The notes under the pieces are model-generated. The model saw only the letters and a program-made list of their open reading frames with translations. It did not search any database and had not been told where the DNA came from. 64,000 nt of DNA from a virus. Its lineage: Duplodnaviria > Heunggongvirae > Uroviricota > Caudoviricetes. The stretch is taken from IMG/VR virus record IMGVR_UViG_3300017650_000009. One strand, given 5' to 3'. Position 1 is the first letter of the stretch, and the number at the start of each line of letters is the position of its first letter. Shown here piece by piece: positions 47,001 through 57,428 of the stretch. A program made the translations under genes and the position numbers.

Positions 47001-50000
47001 CCAACCAACGAGTGAATCACGCATTTTGTTCCAAATACGTTCGTCGATATTGTTGCGTTCATCACCTTCGTTAATGAGCTTCCATTCCTTATGATCAGCT
47101 CCCTCATTCTTTGAGGTTTTCCACTTGATCTTCAAGCTAGTTGAATAATCATTTACGTATTGTTTTGCACCACCAACGATAATCTTGTTCGTATCGATAA
47201 CAGCGAACCAAGGAACATCACTTGCATTAGGATCCTGAATGATTGCTGCAATCTGACGAGCTGTTAGACTACGATCTTCACGATGCGGCACAGTAGAACT
47301 ATGTTTGACCCAGAAGTAATAGACTGTTTCGTTTCGGTTCAATTCCTTATTGAACTCAACTAGTTCTACCCAACTTGGATTGCCAAGAATACCCTTAACT
47401 GTTCCTGTAGGCTTTGTACCGGAAGTATCATTACGCTTCTTTTCAACTTCGTTAGCCCACATATTCGGAGCAACAGTTGAGCGTGTCCATTCGTAAATGT
47501 TTACCTGGATTCCAGGGCAAAGTTTACCCCAGTTTCTCCACTTGTATTCGGTTTCTCCAATTTCATAATCCAAATAACGAGTCGTACTAATGTCCCACCA
47601 AATTTCACCAACTTGGTTTGCTCCCCAAAGCTTTTCATTCGAGTTACTTGAGCGAGTCAATGGACCATTGGAGTAAATCGCAGGATCATATTCCAACATG
47701 TATGCGATTTCTTTCTTTGCTGCCGACGGAATATAACCCTTATATGGATCATAAAGTTGAAGCGTCTGAAGTGTTTCGCTTGTGTTGGTATCATAGATTA
47801 CAGCAGAATCAATCATACTTGAATCAATTTTCGGAGTTTCACGACGGATTTCATCCCAATGAATTTCACCATTTAGTTCGGATGCCTCATGAACACCCCA
47901 ACCCGAAACTGCTTCATTTGCTGGTTCCCATTCAGCACGTACGAATGTACCTACAGTTGGCCCAACTTCGGTAAAACTAATAGTTGCAGTTGTATAGCCG
48001 GAACCTCTGTTATCCATCTGGATAGCTTTGATTCTTGCTGGCTTCATAACGCATTCTAGTTCAACTGGAACACTTGCAGAATCATTCTCGATTTTTACAA
48101 TCGGAGCAGAGTCATAACCCCAACCCGGAGCAATAACTGTGATTTCCTTAATTGAACCCGCTACTATACTTGTGATACGTGCTTCTGCGCCACGACCACT
48201 TGTATATCGAGGAGTAATCGTAATACGTTCATCACCGGTATAACCGTAGTTTGTATCTGGATTGTTTACCTTAATACGATATACACTTGTTGGTCCTAAC
48301 AATGCATGAGCTGCGCCATCTTGACCATCGCCTGTAATAGTTACGATTGGCTCACGAGTATAGAGTGTTCCGTAATTCGTAATCTTCGGACGATCCAATG
48401 ATTTCTGATCGTTATCTTGAATTGGCATATCAGCTACCAGACCACGACCGCCTTGGATACTACGATAAACGTTACCATCATAGGACACCAAATCGTGATA
48501 CTCATATTCATCAGTAGTTGTCCATACCTTTGCACGTTCTGCATCGTTACGACCATCATCAAGCAATACTAGATCGCCAGTTTTCCAACCATCAACTGGA
48601 AGATTTTCCGGAAGCATAGGCTCGGTATTATTTGCGAAGTGTACGGAATTCCAAGCTAAAATATCACCACCAGCTCCTGTGATTCCAGTGGTCACTGCAT
48701 TGTCATTCAGGTCGTACAATTCAAAACCGCTAGTGTAGTGGTAATCGATAACAAGAGTCAAAAGACCTTCACTTACGCCATCACTATTGTAGAATGCCAC
48801 CATCTTGTTATCGTCGTTAATACGATCGTTTAAGTAGAATGATGGAACTGTACCAGCAACTTTCAAGTCAATATCGCGTGAACCAGCAATCGTGTTGTGC
48901 ACGGTAAGGAGACCCTTATTCGTTGCACTTACTGTACCGTTTGTTACGTTTGGTGTACTTGTAGGAGCACCGGTTGCAGCGTCGATGACGAACTCAGGAA
49001 TTTCAATTTCAATCGAAGTACGTTCTTCAACTTCTGGAACATCAAGTTCAATAGTCTGTACCCAATAATCCGGATTGTTATTGCCATCAGGTGCAGGGAA
49101 TACAACTGGGTCACTAACATAGGTCCACTCGTTTAAATTCGGAGCATCAGAAGGTTCAATCAATCGATAACGCCATTGAGCAATCTCAGTATCCTCTAGA
49201 ACTGCCGGTGTTGCAATAAGTTCTGCTTGAGCCGGAGCACCACCATTTGGTGTTTCAACCGTTACTGAACCATTTTGCCCAGTCCAAGAGCACTTACCCC
49301 AATCATCAATTGTGATACTTGTTACGCGCCACAACATAATTGGTTCAACCTGTGCACCAGAACCACCACCACCGCTCACTACAACACGTGGCGCAAACTT
49401 ATAACCAGCACCGGTAGTTGGGTGGAACTTAACCGTTGGAACGCCAGCATATGCTTCACCGCCGAAGTCAACATCAATACCAGTAATTGCACCACCACTC
49501 ATAGTTGCTGTAACCGCAGCATGTGCACTTGGGTTACCACCCTCAAGAGTTACAATTGGTGTCATTTCCCAACCAGAACCACCAGTTGTTATTGAAATGG
49601 AATCTACTTTGTTACCCTGTAGTGTTGCACTCGCAGTGGTTCCAGTTCCCGCACCAGGTACAGTAACATCAGTTAGTTTGTCACCAGTAAGAACTGCGAT
49701 ACCTTTAGCACCAGTACCACCACCACCAATAACAGTAATTGTAGGCGCACTTGTGTAACCGGTTCCGCCATTGGTCACAGCATAACCAACAATAGTTCCT
49801 TCAATATGAGCAGTTGCCTTAACACCCACTGGACCCAATACAGTTACCTTAGGGAAGCTATTCTCAGCATACCCCCAACCTGGATTGGTCACTTTGATAT
49901 TGCTTGGTGTTGCAAAAATGTTACCGTTACGAATCAAGCGGAACTTTGCCTTCTCATCCTGTTCACTAAGGGTCATAGACGTATCGTAGACGCTTACTGT

Positions 50001-53000
50001 GATTGGATCAGCATACGAGAAGCTTGGGCGGCTAGGTTCGCGCATAACATAGCGATACGCGTCTGGGCTATTAACTGCACCAGTGAAACGTGTACGATCA
50101 GTTAGTGTACCAATGGTAATCGTTGGATTATTACCAGCGGGGTAACCGAATGGACGAACCACACTTGCAGTAATTTTATTAATTACGATTCCCGAATCAG
50201 CCCAAAGATCCATAATCGGAATCTGAACCAATGACTTACCGTTTGTACGGATCATAGCACCAGCATCAACGAAAATCTTTACCGAATTCTGGAACTTTGC
50301 CTTATACGTACCCATAAGCATATTTGTGGTATTGTTATCCGGAAGGATACCATCCAAAATTGTTAGCTTCATACGTTCTTCAGCATTATCAATATCAGTT
50401 TGGAACGTAGGGTTCAAATCAATTTGACTTGGTTTTGGTTCCTGGAAGTTATGCTCGATACCCAAAGCATCAAACATGTTACGACTTGTGCTGATCACTG
50501 TACCTTGTGTTTCAAAGCTTTGTGGACGAGTCTTTAGTACGTTTGCAGTGGTATCACCCAAACGGAATACGTCCCAATCACCGAAGCCAGTGTTATAAGT
50601 CCAAACACGATCACCTGGCATTGCAATATCGCCGATCAGCTCAATGTTTGCTGTTACAGTGAGTTTACCAGGACTTACCTGCAATCCACTCTTTTGGCTC
50701 ACAAATACATAAATCGCATTCTCATCATTTTGCTTGGATTCCAAATACTCATATACTTGGTGTGTATAATTCTGAATACGATCGGTTTGTACTGCGGTTA
50801 CCGGCATGAACTTTTCTGGTTCCGATACAGTACCAATGCTGATCATAACCTCTTCATCCCCAGCTGAAGTAACAGGGAATGCATCAAGAACATCGACAAC
50901 GAAATTCTTTACTCGATATGTTCCCTTGGATAGGTTTGGAACCAAATTCACACGGCGAGTTGCAGTTTCACCATCTTTATAAGTGATTGTAACTTCATTC
51001 ACAATTGGTGTAAATGGATTGTTATTTTGTAGATTACGATACAAGTTCAAGAATGCATTCATATTGGTTGCAGTCCACTTAACATCATCAAGATGGACAT
51101 AACCAGCTGAAGGCAAGTTACCCTTGTCTTTTTCGTTGACCTGAATTAATGGCCAGTCAGGATTTTTAGTCTGATGACGCCATACCCAACGATCATTTTT
51201 ATACATGAATTCGCCAGTATCATTGTTGAACAAGTCGTAAACTTTTACTGCATTGTCATCTTCTTCAACTGTGAACAAAGCGTTATAATAATTCGGTGTG
51301 TACTCGAATGTGAATAGGATATCGACATTACCTGAAGCCTGTGCATTTTCGATAAATGCTTGTACTTCCAGACTTTCATTTGTGACCTGTTGGCCATCAT
51401 CGAGAACAATAGTACGTGAACTACGATCTGCAAGATTGATCTCACTGACATATCGTGCAGGGCTTGCAGCATCACCAATGGTTAGTATTGGTTGAACTCC
51501 GTTGAATTCATTCGTTACATTAATCGTAAAGCTCTTTAGTATAATCCCATGTGTTGCCTTGAACTTTGCAAGGGTAACAACATTGGACTCATTTGCACCA
51601 CGGACTACACCAATTGCAGTAGCTGGAACCGAAGGTGTTCCTCCACCCTCAAACACAATCTCAGGAGAGCTTGTAAACCCAGAACCACCATTGAGAACCT
51701 GTACGCCACTGATGTCACCACCAGTAACATTGATTTGCAACTGTGCATTCTTACCATTATTGGTAAAACGAGGAGAAACTGTTGGTTCGTAACCCTTACC
51801 CGGATATACGATTTCAACCGCCATTAGACGTCCACCGGTAACACTGATGCTTAGACGTCCGTTAGCGCTGATGTTACCCGGAGGAAAACTAAAACCAATT
51901 GGAGTTTCAGAATAACCAGCACCTGCACTTGTAACCGTGAGTTCTAGGATTGCTCCAGTTTCACTAACCTTGCTAATTGTTGCACGACCATTGCCATTAC
52001 CACCTACAACGCCGATAACCTGACCAACGGAGTAACCAGTACCGGCACCAACAACACCTGGAACTGGAGTTACGAAAACGCTCTTCAAACGGCTCTGTTG
52101 GTAATCAACTTGCTTAACAAAAAGTCCAGCACCCGAACCAGTGCCTTCTAGTTCAATTTGATCACCTACAACAAATCCTTCACCGCCACGAATAATTTGT
52201 ACTTCCTTGATTCCACTATTCGTCCAATCCAAAATTGGGCTGAATTGTGTACCAGTTGCATCATCAGGAATATACGCACGAGGAACCTCGGTATATCCGA
52301 TACCTCTATTGGTCATTTGAACTTTTAGAAGGCCATTGATGTTGTATGAGGTCTTAACTGTTTCAATATCCTTTAGATAATCCCAGTGATCATCATCCCA
52401 AGCTAGTCGTAGATCCCAACCACCTTGGCCAGTTCCATTGAATTGGAACAACTGAGGTGAAGCTTTGAAATCGCCCTGGCGGATCAAGAAATCCATACTT
52501 GGATTGATTTCCTGCGCACCAAACATTCCCAAACGGAAGCCCCATTCCTCAAGAACATTGAAGCCGTCATTGTGACGAATAAAGTTACTACGGAACAACT
52601 TCTGCAATGCAGCAATCGTACCCTTCTGCTGAATAGCACCCTGATAGAATTCAAACTGGTTGGTCGGGGTCATCAACAAATTGTTTAGGTATTCTTTTTC
52701 CTGGTACCCAATATTTGCTCGAGCACGATCCTTTAGCTTGCTATCCTCAATCGATTCAATATCAAAGAGTCTACGGAAGTCATCAGCAGCCTTTTCAAAG
52801 TTAACAGTAAGTTTGTTGCCATTTACAATGAAACCAGGTGCATCAACACGACCCTGCCAATTCTTTGTTTTGAATCCCTGCAAACGCAAACGCGGCTGAC
52901 GAATGTTGAATAACGGAGAGTAAACAATATCACCAAAGATTGTCTGGTTATTGATTACGATTGTATGTTCAATTTCACTAACATGCAAACGTACTGAATA

Positions 53001-56000
53001 CATTTGCTGATTGCTAACGGTTTGAATTGTTACAGTTCCACCATCACGCACGATATTTGTGTTATAGGAACGAATTGGGTTACCGACCTTATCCAAGATC
53101 GAATATACACCATTAACAATCTGTTCAATAGGTTCAACATTACCATGCTGAGTCTGGAAACGAATCTCAGTGTTATTCGGAATCAACGAAATAATATCGC
53201 CGTCCTTGGTATTTTCATCCTGTGCCCAGTTTAGGAAATCCTTAAGTGAGAGCTGCCAATTATGAACAGTAGTCTCATCAAGTGCAATTGTATCAAAGAG
53301 CCAACCACGTGAAACCAAATAACGCTCGTATGCACTGATTAGGTTGGACATTTCCTGAGGGCTCTTGATTGTGGATCCATAAGGAACACGTTCAACAACA
53401 CGCTCATCTTTAGGGCTTGTATAGTAGGCAACAGCCGCTGCATCCGCATATGCTGGACGAGCAACAGTAAGCCAATATTGTGGTTCGAAATTACGGCTAC
53501 TAGTATGTGACTTAATTGCACGGTAATAGCTATCGATATAACGAACTGTGGTATTTGTTCCGTAATAGGTGTTTGCTTTCCAAGTAGGAATTGTTGGACG
53601 AGAACCCTTACCCACACTCACACTATTTGATGGACCATTAGGATCACTGGTAATGATTTTGAATACGGGATCCAAGATATCGTATCCGAATACCTTCCAG
53701 CCATTTTCAATTTTCTGTACGATGATGCCGCTAAGACTTTCCTCACGGATGCTTGGGCTCTTATAGAGCTCAACTGCAACATCTTCTGGTGGGATACGAT
53801 CAATGTTATCGGATACCACAAATAGTGATTCCTGTTGTGTAAAACCACCAACCTTATATGCGAGTTTCACGCCGAGACCACGAATCAAATCGCCTAGGTT
53901 TTCCTTAACGTCTTTGTTCTTGCTGATCAAGTAATCGACAACCCACTGTTGCGTTCCATGCTTATATGCGATGGAACCATCAAACTGCATTTCACCGTGT
54001 ACGATTTCATCTGCATACGGGTAACCATAACCCATATTTGCATTGATATCTTGGTTACGTGTGATGTCCCAAGTTGTTTCAATAAAGCTTGGTGGGCGCA
54101 TCAAATAGCAAGCTTGCGCCATAGCAAATGGATACCAGAAACTTGATTTCCAAGCAGCTTCTGCAGGTGCGCCATCACCCCACTTCCATTCGTCCGCAGC
54201 CTTCATACTACGTGGGCTTGTATTGGTTATTTTTGCTTGCAATGGATCCAACAGGTTACCCTGCTGATCTACTGGTAGGAATTTATTGAGACCCGGACGA
54301 GCAAAACGTTCATCAATACCCATACGTGGACCATCAACAATACGACCCGCTTCTATATCTCTCCAAAGGATAACATTTCCAGAACCATATGGTGCCGGGC
54401 CATAATGTGGTGTCCACCAATCAGGCTGATATTCAAAACCAAGCATTTCCCAAGGATGAGTATGTGGGCGATCAGTACCGTAATAGAAATTATAAATGCC
54501 TCTCCAATGGCCAGCAAGCTGACGACCATCCTTATCCGAGCAAGAAGACCAATTCCAAGTGAATGGATCATTTGCATCGAATGAATCATTGATTCTATAA
54601 TCAACACCGTTGTTAACAGCCCATTTCTCGAACATTGGACGCAAGATTACGTCGAGTTCTGATTTTGAGTATGGAGATTCAAAGAATGCAGTGGATACCA
54701 ATCCCTTGAAATCAAAGAAACCTTCAGCGCGCTCACGAATAAAATCTGGTGCACTTTCATAGATACGTTGTTCAAGTTCAAGAGTTACGGCGTCACGAAT
54801 ATCTCCGTAGAATGGAAAGCTCGAACCATCGTGACCGATAATGAAACGACGACCAGTAACTGGTTCAACGTAGACTGTAGGTTCCTGGATCGGAAACACG
54901 CCAAGGAAGCTAGGGGTCGGCGGAATAAACGTGTGGCCGTTTCTACTAGCGGCTTGCGCCATACGCGAACTATAGAATGGGAAATCGTTAGTGAACCCCT
55001 TTGAAATTTCATTGATTGCGTTATCAACCCAATCCGTCGGTGTAGCATTTGTACCAAGACGGTTGGAGATCATGAATTCTTGAATCTTCTGGTCAAACTT
55101 GCCACGGAAACGTGCATACTCATCCTGTGCATACGATGCAGCCTTGATGAAATCGATATCTTTAATCGAGCTCATAAGCATTGTACGAAGCAACGGTGCA
55201 CTATTACTGACAATGTGTCGACCTGCACTCAAATCATGCGCAATGTCCTTATAGTTGTTAGTTGAATATTCAATACCAACAAAACCCTTCTGAGATTTGA
55301 TGATCTGGATAAACTGTTCAAAAAGATCACCACGGGTAGCAAGCGTAATCTGTTCCCAAGCTGGGTTAGCTTCGAGGTTCAAAGGAATCTCATATTGACC
55401 CGGAGTATTCATAGGCTTGTTAGCTGGGTTGAATGTTCTTACTTCAACATCATCACCATCTTCAACTTCAACGAGAAGAACTTGGTTGAAACGACGGATA
55501 TAATCAACACCCTGATCCAGAGTCTTACCATTACGTGAAACAATTAAGTTGTCTGCGTATGGCTCAATAGGTTCCTGGCTAGCGGTGAACAAATGTTCAC
55601 CATTTTCAGCCTTGAACTTATCAATGACCATTTGACGACTATTACCGGTAACTTCATGCCAGTCATTGACCAGACGCTCACCATTGGAGTCGATGATCTT
55701 ATAGAAACACTTATTAGGGAGATCAAAGAAATCAACACCAATTTTGTACTGACCTTTAAAAGTAGCCAAATAGTTTTCAAAGATGAACTCACCCTTTGTA
55801 TCACGTTGTGGACGAATTCCCAATACGGTATCCTGCGGTACACTCATAGTTTCGTCGACTGCATAACCGAATACACGGGAACCAGCAAAATCGCTATTTG
55901 GATATGTTTCAGCATCGTCGAAAGCAACGCCATTGCCATCATACAAGTAGAACAACGGGAACTGGTTTGCGCCAAATTTCTTTTGGCTTGTCTTCCAAAC

Positions 56001-57428
56001 CATTCCATCCCAATGAACATTCATCGAACCCATTGATGTGCCGAAACGGACATCCATTGCTTCACCAAATACTGGTGCACCAGAGATATCCAAACCATCA
56101 GCACTCAAAGTAACACGCATCTTACCATCGGCAGCCGCAGTTACACGGTACACTCGATTGGTAATACGTGGATCCAAATCGTTTACTACGAGAACTCTAA
56201 TAGCTCCGTTTGTTCCATTAGCGTCAATCCAAGCCTTATCCAACGATACCCCATCAACACGGCGTGTAGAGACTGTCTGGCCATTCACAGCCGCAAGGAA
56301 ATGATCAATGCTATGTGAGACTAGATCAACAGCTTCGCGCTTATGTGAACCAAAATTGAACAACTGAATGTTACGAGCAAATTCAATAATAGGACGCTTT
56401 GCCTGTGCAGACTTTAGATTTACCTTAGTAAAGTCACCAAGTAACGAACGATGGAACCAACGATTGCCAGTTGACCAAGGGTTACCATCGGAACTACCAC
56501 GAGCAATAACAAAGAAATCCTTCTTGAGAGTCAAATCAGGATTGTTATCCTGAATAAGAACAATTTGTTCACCAACACCTTCAACGATGAAAATCTTACC
56601 CTTAGTGGATAATTCTTTATCGTTCTTAATTACAACTCGCATATTTGATTCGAGCTTTGTGCCGTTGATAAATTCAAACGTCTGCTTACCTTCAACTTCT
56701 GCAATAAAATCGATTGCAGTATAAACGTGAACAACCGAATCACGAGCCGGTGGAGGCAAAATAGAAACCTGATCAGAACCAGCCATGTTAAACGGAACTT
56801 CAGTTCCATCAACTGTAACACTTACTTGAGCAGCAACTACCGGCAACGGATACGCATTGGTTAGTGCGAATGTGTTGGTATTACCATCACCGATATAACG
56901 AGCAGAATGACCACGAATTTCAATCGGGGTAGGACCTTCCGGTACCCAGTAATATTCAGAGAAGTTCAAAAACTTATCCAAGTCAATGCTTGGGCACCAG
57001 CTAAAATAAGCCTGCTCAAACAAACGTTGGTGATTGTTTACAAGACCACCCTGAAAACGCAGATTGTTAATCAAATCATCATAAAACAAGAGAGCCTTTG
57101 TGTCGCCGTTCTGATCCAAACTAACCATCGAAGGTTCTAGCTGGTATGCTTGGCGCTCTAACGTTGGCTCATCCAAGTAAAATGTTGCATCATCACCACG
57201 ATAGCTTACTGAACGACCAATGTAGCCGTTCAAAGGCTTTGATGAACCTGGTTCAAAAAGATGGTCTGCAGAAGCTGCAAAGAACTTCTGCAAAGTTTCT
57301 GTTTGATGGACGCCGGGTAGCAAATTAATGATTCGACGCTTATCGAAGTTCACCTTATCGATGTTGTCTCCGCTAAAACGATATGAAGCGTTAAGTTGCT
57401 TACGATTCTTGGGCAGCTTGTCTACCAT
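44058..57428 (-). CDS. giant virion structural protein (baseplate wedge/fibre-like), 4456 aa
   Basis: uninterrupted 13.4-kb ORF coupled to gp6-like gene; GxGY...AP.V...GGGG.GA repeats. Confidence 0.8.
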   Translation of the reverse strand: MVDKLPKNRKQLNASYRFSGDNIDKVNFDKRRIINLLPGVHQTETLQKFFAASADHLFEPGSSKPLNGYIGRSVSYRGDDATFYLDEPTLERQAYQLEPSMVSLDQNGDTKALLFYDDLINNLRFQGGLVNNHQRLFEQAYFSWCPSIDLDKFLNFSEYYWVPEGPTPIEIRGHSARYIGDGNTNTFALTNAYPLPVVAAQVSVTVDGTEVPFNMAGSDQVSILPPPARDSVVHVYTAIDFIAEVEGKQTFEFINGTKLESNMRVVIKNDKELSTKGKIFIVEGVGEQIVLIQDNNPDLTLKKDFFVIARGSSDGNPWSTGNRWFHRSLLGDFTKVNLKSAQAKRPIIEFARNIQLFNFGSHKREAVDLVSHSIDHFLAAVNGQTVSTRRVDGVSLDKAWIDANGTNGAIRVLVVNDLDPRITNRVYRVTAAADGKMRVTLSADGLDISGAPVFGEAMDVRFGTSMGSMNVHWDGMVWKTSQKKFGANQFPLFYLYDGNGVAFDDAETYPNSDFAGSRVFGYAVDETMSVPQDTVLGIRPQRDTKGEFIFENYLATFKGQYKIGVDFFDLPNKCFYKIIDSNGERLVNDWHEVTGNSRQMVIDKFKAENGEHLFTASQEPIEPYADNLIVSRNGKTLDQGVDYIRRFNQVLLVEVEDGDDVEVRTFNPANKPMNTPGQYEIPLNLEANPAWEQITLATRGDLFEQFIQIIKSQKGFVGIEYSTNNYKDIAHDLSAGRHIVSNSAPLLRTMLMSSIKDIDFIKAASYAQDEYARFRGKFDQKIQEFMISNRLGTNATPTDWVDNAINEISKGFTNDFPFYSSRMAQAASRNGHTFIPPTPSFLGVFPIQEPTVYVEPVTGRRFIIGHDGSSFPFYGDIRDAVTLELEQRIYESAPDFIRERAEGFFDFKGLVSTAFFESPYSKSELDVILRPMFEKWAVNNGVDYRINDSFDANDPFTWNWSSCSDKDGRQLAGHWRGIYNFYYGTDRPHTHPWEMLGFEYQPDWWTPHYGPAPYGSGNVILWRDIEAGRIVDGPRMGIDERFARPGLNKFLPVDQQGNLLDPLQAKITNTSPRSMKAADEWKWGDGAPAEAAWKSSFWYPFAMAQACYLMRPPSFIETTWDITRNQDINANMGYGYPYADEIVHGEMQFDGSIAYKHGTQQWVVDYLISKNKDVKENLGDLIRGLGVKLAYKVGGFTQQESLFVVSDNIDRIPPEDVAVELYKSPSIREESLSGIIVQKIENGWKVFGYDILDPVFKIITSDPNGPSNSVSVGKGSRPTIPTWKANTYYGTNTTVRYIDSYYRAIKSHTSSRNFEPQYWLTVARPAYADAAAVAYYTSPKDERVVERVPYGSTIKSPQEMSNLISAYERYLVSRGWLFDTIALDETTVHNWQLSLKDFLNWAQDENTKDGDIISLIPNNTEIRFQTQHGNVEPIEQIVNGVYSILDKVGNPIRSYNTNIVRDGGTVTIQTVSNQQMYSVRLHVSEIEHTIVINNQTIFGDIVYSPLFNIRQPRLRLQGFKTKNWQGRVDAPGFIVNGNKLTVNFEKAADDFRRLFDIESIEDSKLKDRARANIGYQEKEYLNNLLMTPTNQFEFYQGAIQQKGTIAALQKLFRSNFIRHNDGFNVLEEWGFRLGMFGAQEINPSMDFLIRQGDFKASPQLFQFNGTGQGGWDLRLAWDDDHWDYLKDIETVKTSYNINGLLKVQMTNRGIGYTEVPRAYIPDDATGTQFSPILDWTNSGIKEVQIIRGGEGFVVGDQIELEGTGSGAGLFVKQVDYQQSRLKSVFVTPVPGVVGAGTGYSVGQVIGVVGGNGNGRATISKVSETGAILELTVTSAGAGYSETPIGFSFPPGNISANGRLSISVTGGRLMAVEIVYPGKGYEPTVSPRFTNNGKNAQLQINVTGGDISGVQVLNGGSGFTSSPEIVFEGGGTPSVPATAIGVVRGANESNVVTLAKFKATHGIILKSFTINVTNEFNGVQPILTIGDAASPARYVSEINLADRSSRTIVLDDGQQVTNESLEVQAFIENAQASGNVDILFTFEYTPNYYNALFTVEEDDNAVKVYDLFNNDTGEFMYKNDRWVWRHQTKNPDWPLIQVNEKDKGNLPSAGYVHLDDVKWTATNMNAFLNLYRNLQNNNPFTPIVNEVTITYKDGETATRRVNLVPNLSKGTYRVKNFVVDVLDAFPVTSAGDEEVMISIGTVSEPEKFMPVTAVQTDRIQNYTHQVYEYLESKQNDENAIYVFVSQKSGLQVSPGKLTVTANIELIGDIAMPGDRVWTYNTGFGDWDVFRLGDTTANVLKTRPQSFETQGTVISTSRNMFDALGIEHNFQEPKPSQIDLNPTFQTDIDNAEERMKLTILDGILPDNNTTNMLMGTYKAKFQNSVKIFVDAGAMIRTNGKSLVQIPIMDLWADSGIVINKITASVVRPFGYPAGNNPTITIGTLTDRTRFTGAVNSPDAYRYVMREPSRPSFSYADPITVSVYDTSMTLSEQDEKAKFRLIRNGNIFATPSNIKVTNPGWGYAENSFPKVTVLGPVGVKATAHIEGTIVGYAVTNGGTGYTSAPTITVIGGGGTGAKGIAVLTGDKLTDVTVPGAGTGTTASATLQGNKVDSISITTGGSGWEMTPIVTLEGGNPSAHAAVTATMSGGAITGIDVDFGGEAYAGVPTVKFHPTTGAGYKFAPRVVVSGGGGSGAQVEPIMLWRVTSITIDDWGKCSWTGQNGSVTVETPNGGAPAQAELIATPAVLEDTEIAQWRYRLIEPSDAPNLNEWTYVSDPVVFPAPDGNNNPDYWVQTIELDVPEVEERTSIEIEIPEFVIDAATGAPTSTPNVTNGTVSATNKGLLTVHNTIAGSRDIDLKVAGTVPSFYLNDRINDDNKMVAFYNSDGVSEGLLTLVIDYHYTSGFELYDLNDNAVTTGITGAGGDILAWNSVHFANNTEPMLPENLPVDGWKTGDLVLLDDGRNDAERAKVWTTTDEYEYHDLVSYDGNVYRSIQGGRGLVADMPIQDNDQKSLDRPKITNYGTLYTREPIVTITGDGQDGAAHALLGPTSVYRIKVNNPDTNYGYTGDERITITPRYTSGRGAEARITSIVAGSIKEITVIAPGWGYDSAPIVKIENDSASVPVELECVMKPARIKAIQMDNRGSGYTTATISFTEVGPTVGTFVRAEWEPANEAVSGWGVHEASELNGEIHWDEIRRETPKIDSSMIDSAVIYDTNTSETLQTLQLYDPYKGYIPSAAKKEIAYMLEYDPAIYSNGPLTRSSNSNEKLWGANQVGEIWWDISTTRYLDYEIGETEYKWRNWGKLCPGIQVNIYEWTRSTVAPNMWANEVEKKRNDTSGTKPTGTVKGILGNPSWVELVEFNKELNRNETVYYFWVKHSSTVPHREDRSLTARQIAAIIQDPNASDVPWFAVIDTNKIIVGGAKQYVNDYSTSLKIKWKTSKNEGADHKEWKLINEGDERNNIDERIWNKMRDSLVGWDASAERKTFTAIATTMIDPNVDHFSVADASGFLPSGEVRVGDYWVQYKYLFNNTFFGISGLGSLRYATGTKVTQTREIQTSRKVPNQWLNEHERYGSLIRPSQTWFKVDTDGFGFLIPGRDARQTFVDTLNQIFAREPVLDTRYEWREIFESHDPEPSSIEYVREVFDEFELSQLGETGVVEPGQMVLMHGTPDTNGLWTLWLYSPGNPAANASGFVLWKAERWRLREGELWTAVDWYADGWSTNDYPIKHYANRQARDADTTLVISPGGTLVQVDTQSETDTRWSWYLRTEDGWLEVAKEKATIRLADNFYAPGMMVYGFDDYKVGSSKKRDGSWELQWIINSLRTKLLTGLERNELFFSMVKVAVSQHPYTDWIFKTSFLYLAGYNEQLTQSPIVFKDQVDNIMSYIEDIKPYHVKVRDFVRRLTPPIENLNLVITDFDKPMYYDELANNGEGAWRKLDPENANDQLIMKNDPQLKWWYENYKKTNYSLENWDANWNPVRRPKITMLFDRVSCEPLAGWSQPEMPWDGNEERWVGNNYTRTFAALSDQYRIPNQEYKQHLVETVVLRDQIARDSQTQVNLGNPPTLRTGDIAIVKSERTTFMWTGAKWEQFYNVFWDLNWAGGLADRIDQFYEPSATMRRKELTTLIRGCDFRGTVVDGRTFEQGIWDMFAWDMAEWDGEFEAYVGRDTDINPAQSQWQVSDSAPYLTEATDDIRLEGGELVQPWFEGGHPDELVRLRVRNPMMITVYRKPTSQGDMISTRPTAYRFFKDSLNNWEGVFLQDHGIKLAQVLAPTDREMQITVAGTLPLFDPANNDPAYIASIREKIALSIDVDLSKNITAKQAKKNPIFGLIGLADEIKALPDATIVNTIIEDRLTLVLMNNITGVVWLGAERITYSGITDNGGGSYTLTGLARGTGGSSRNEETQLNMDVFDGSTLNALQSWNTTDFRVHSVQDYSKNWKAWWKASNDSNVKPGPSA

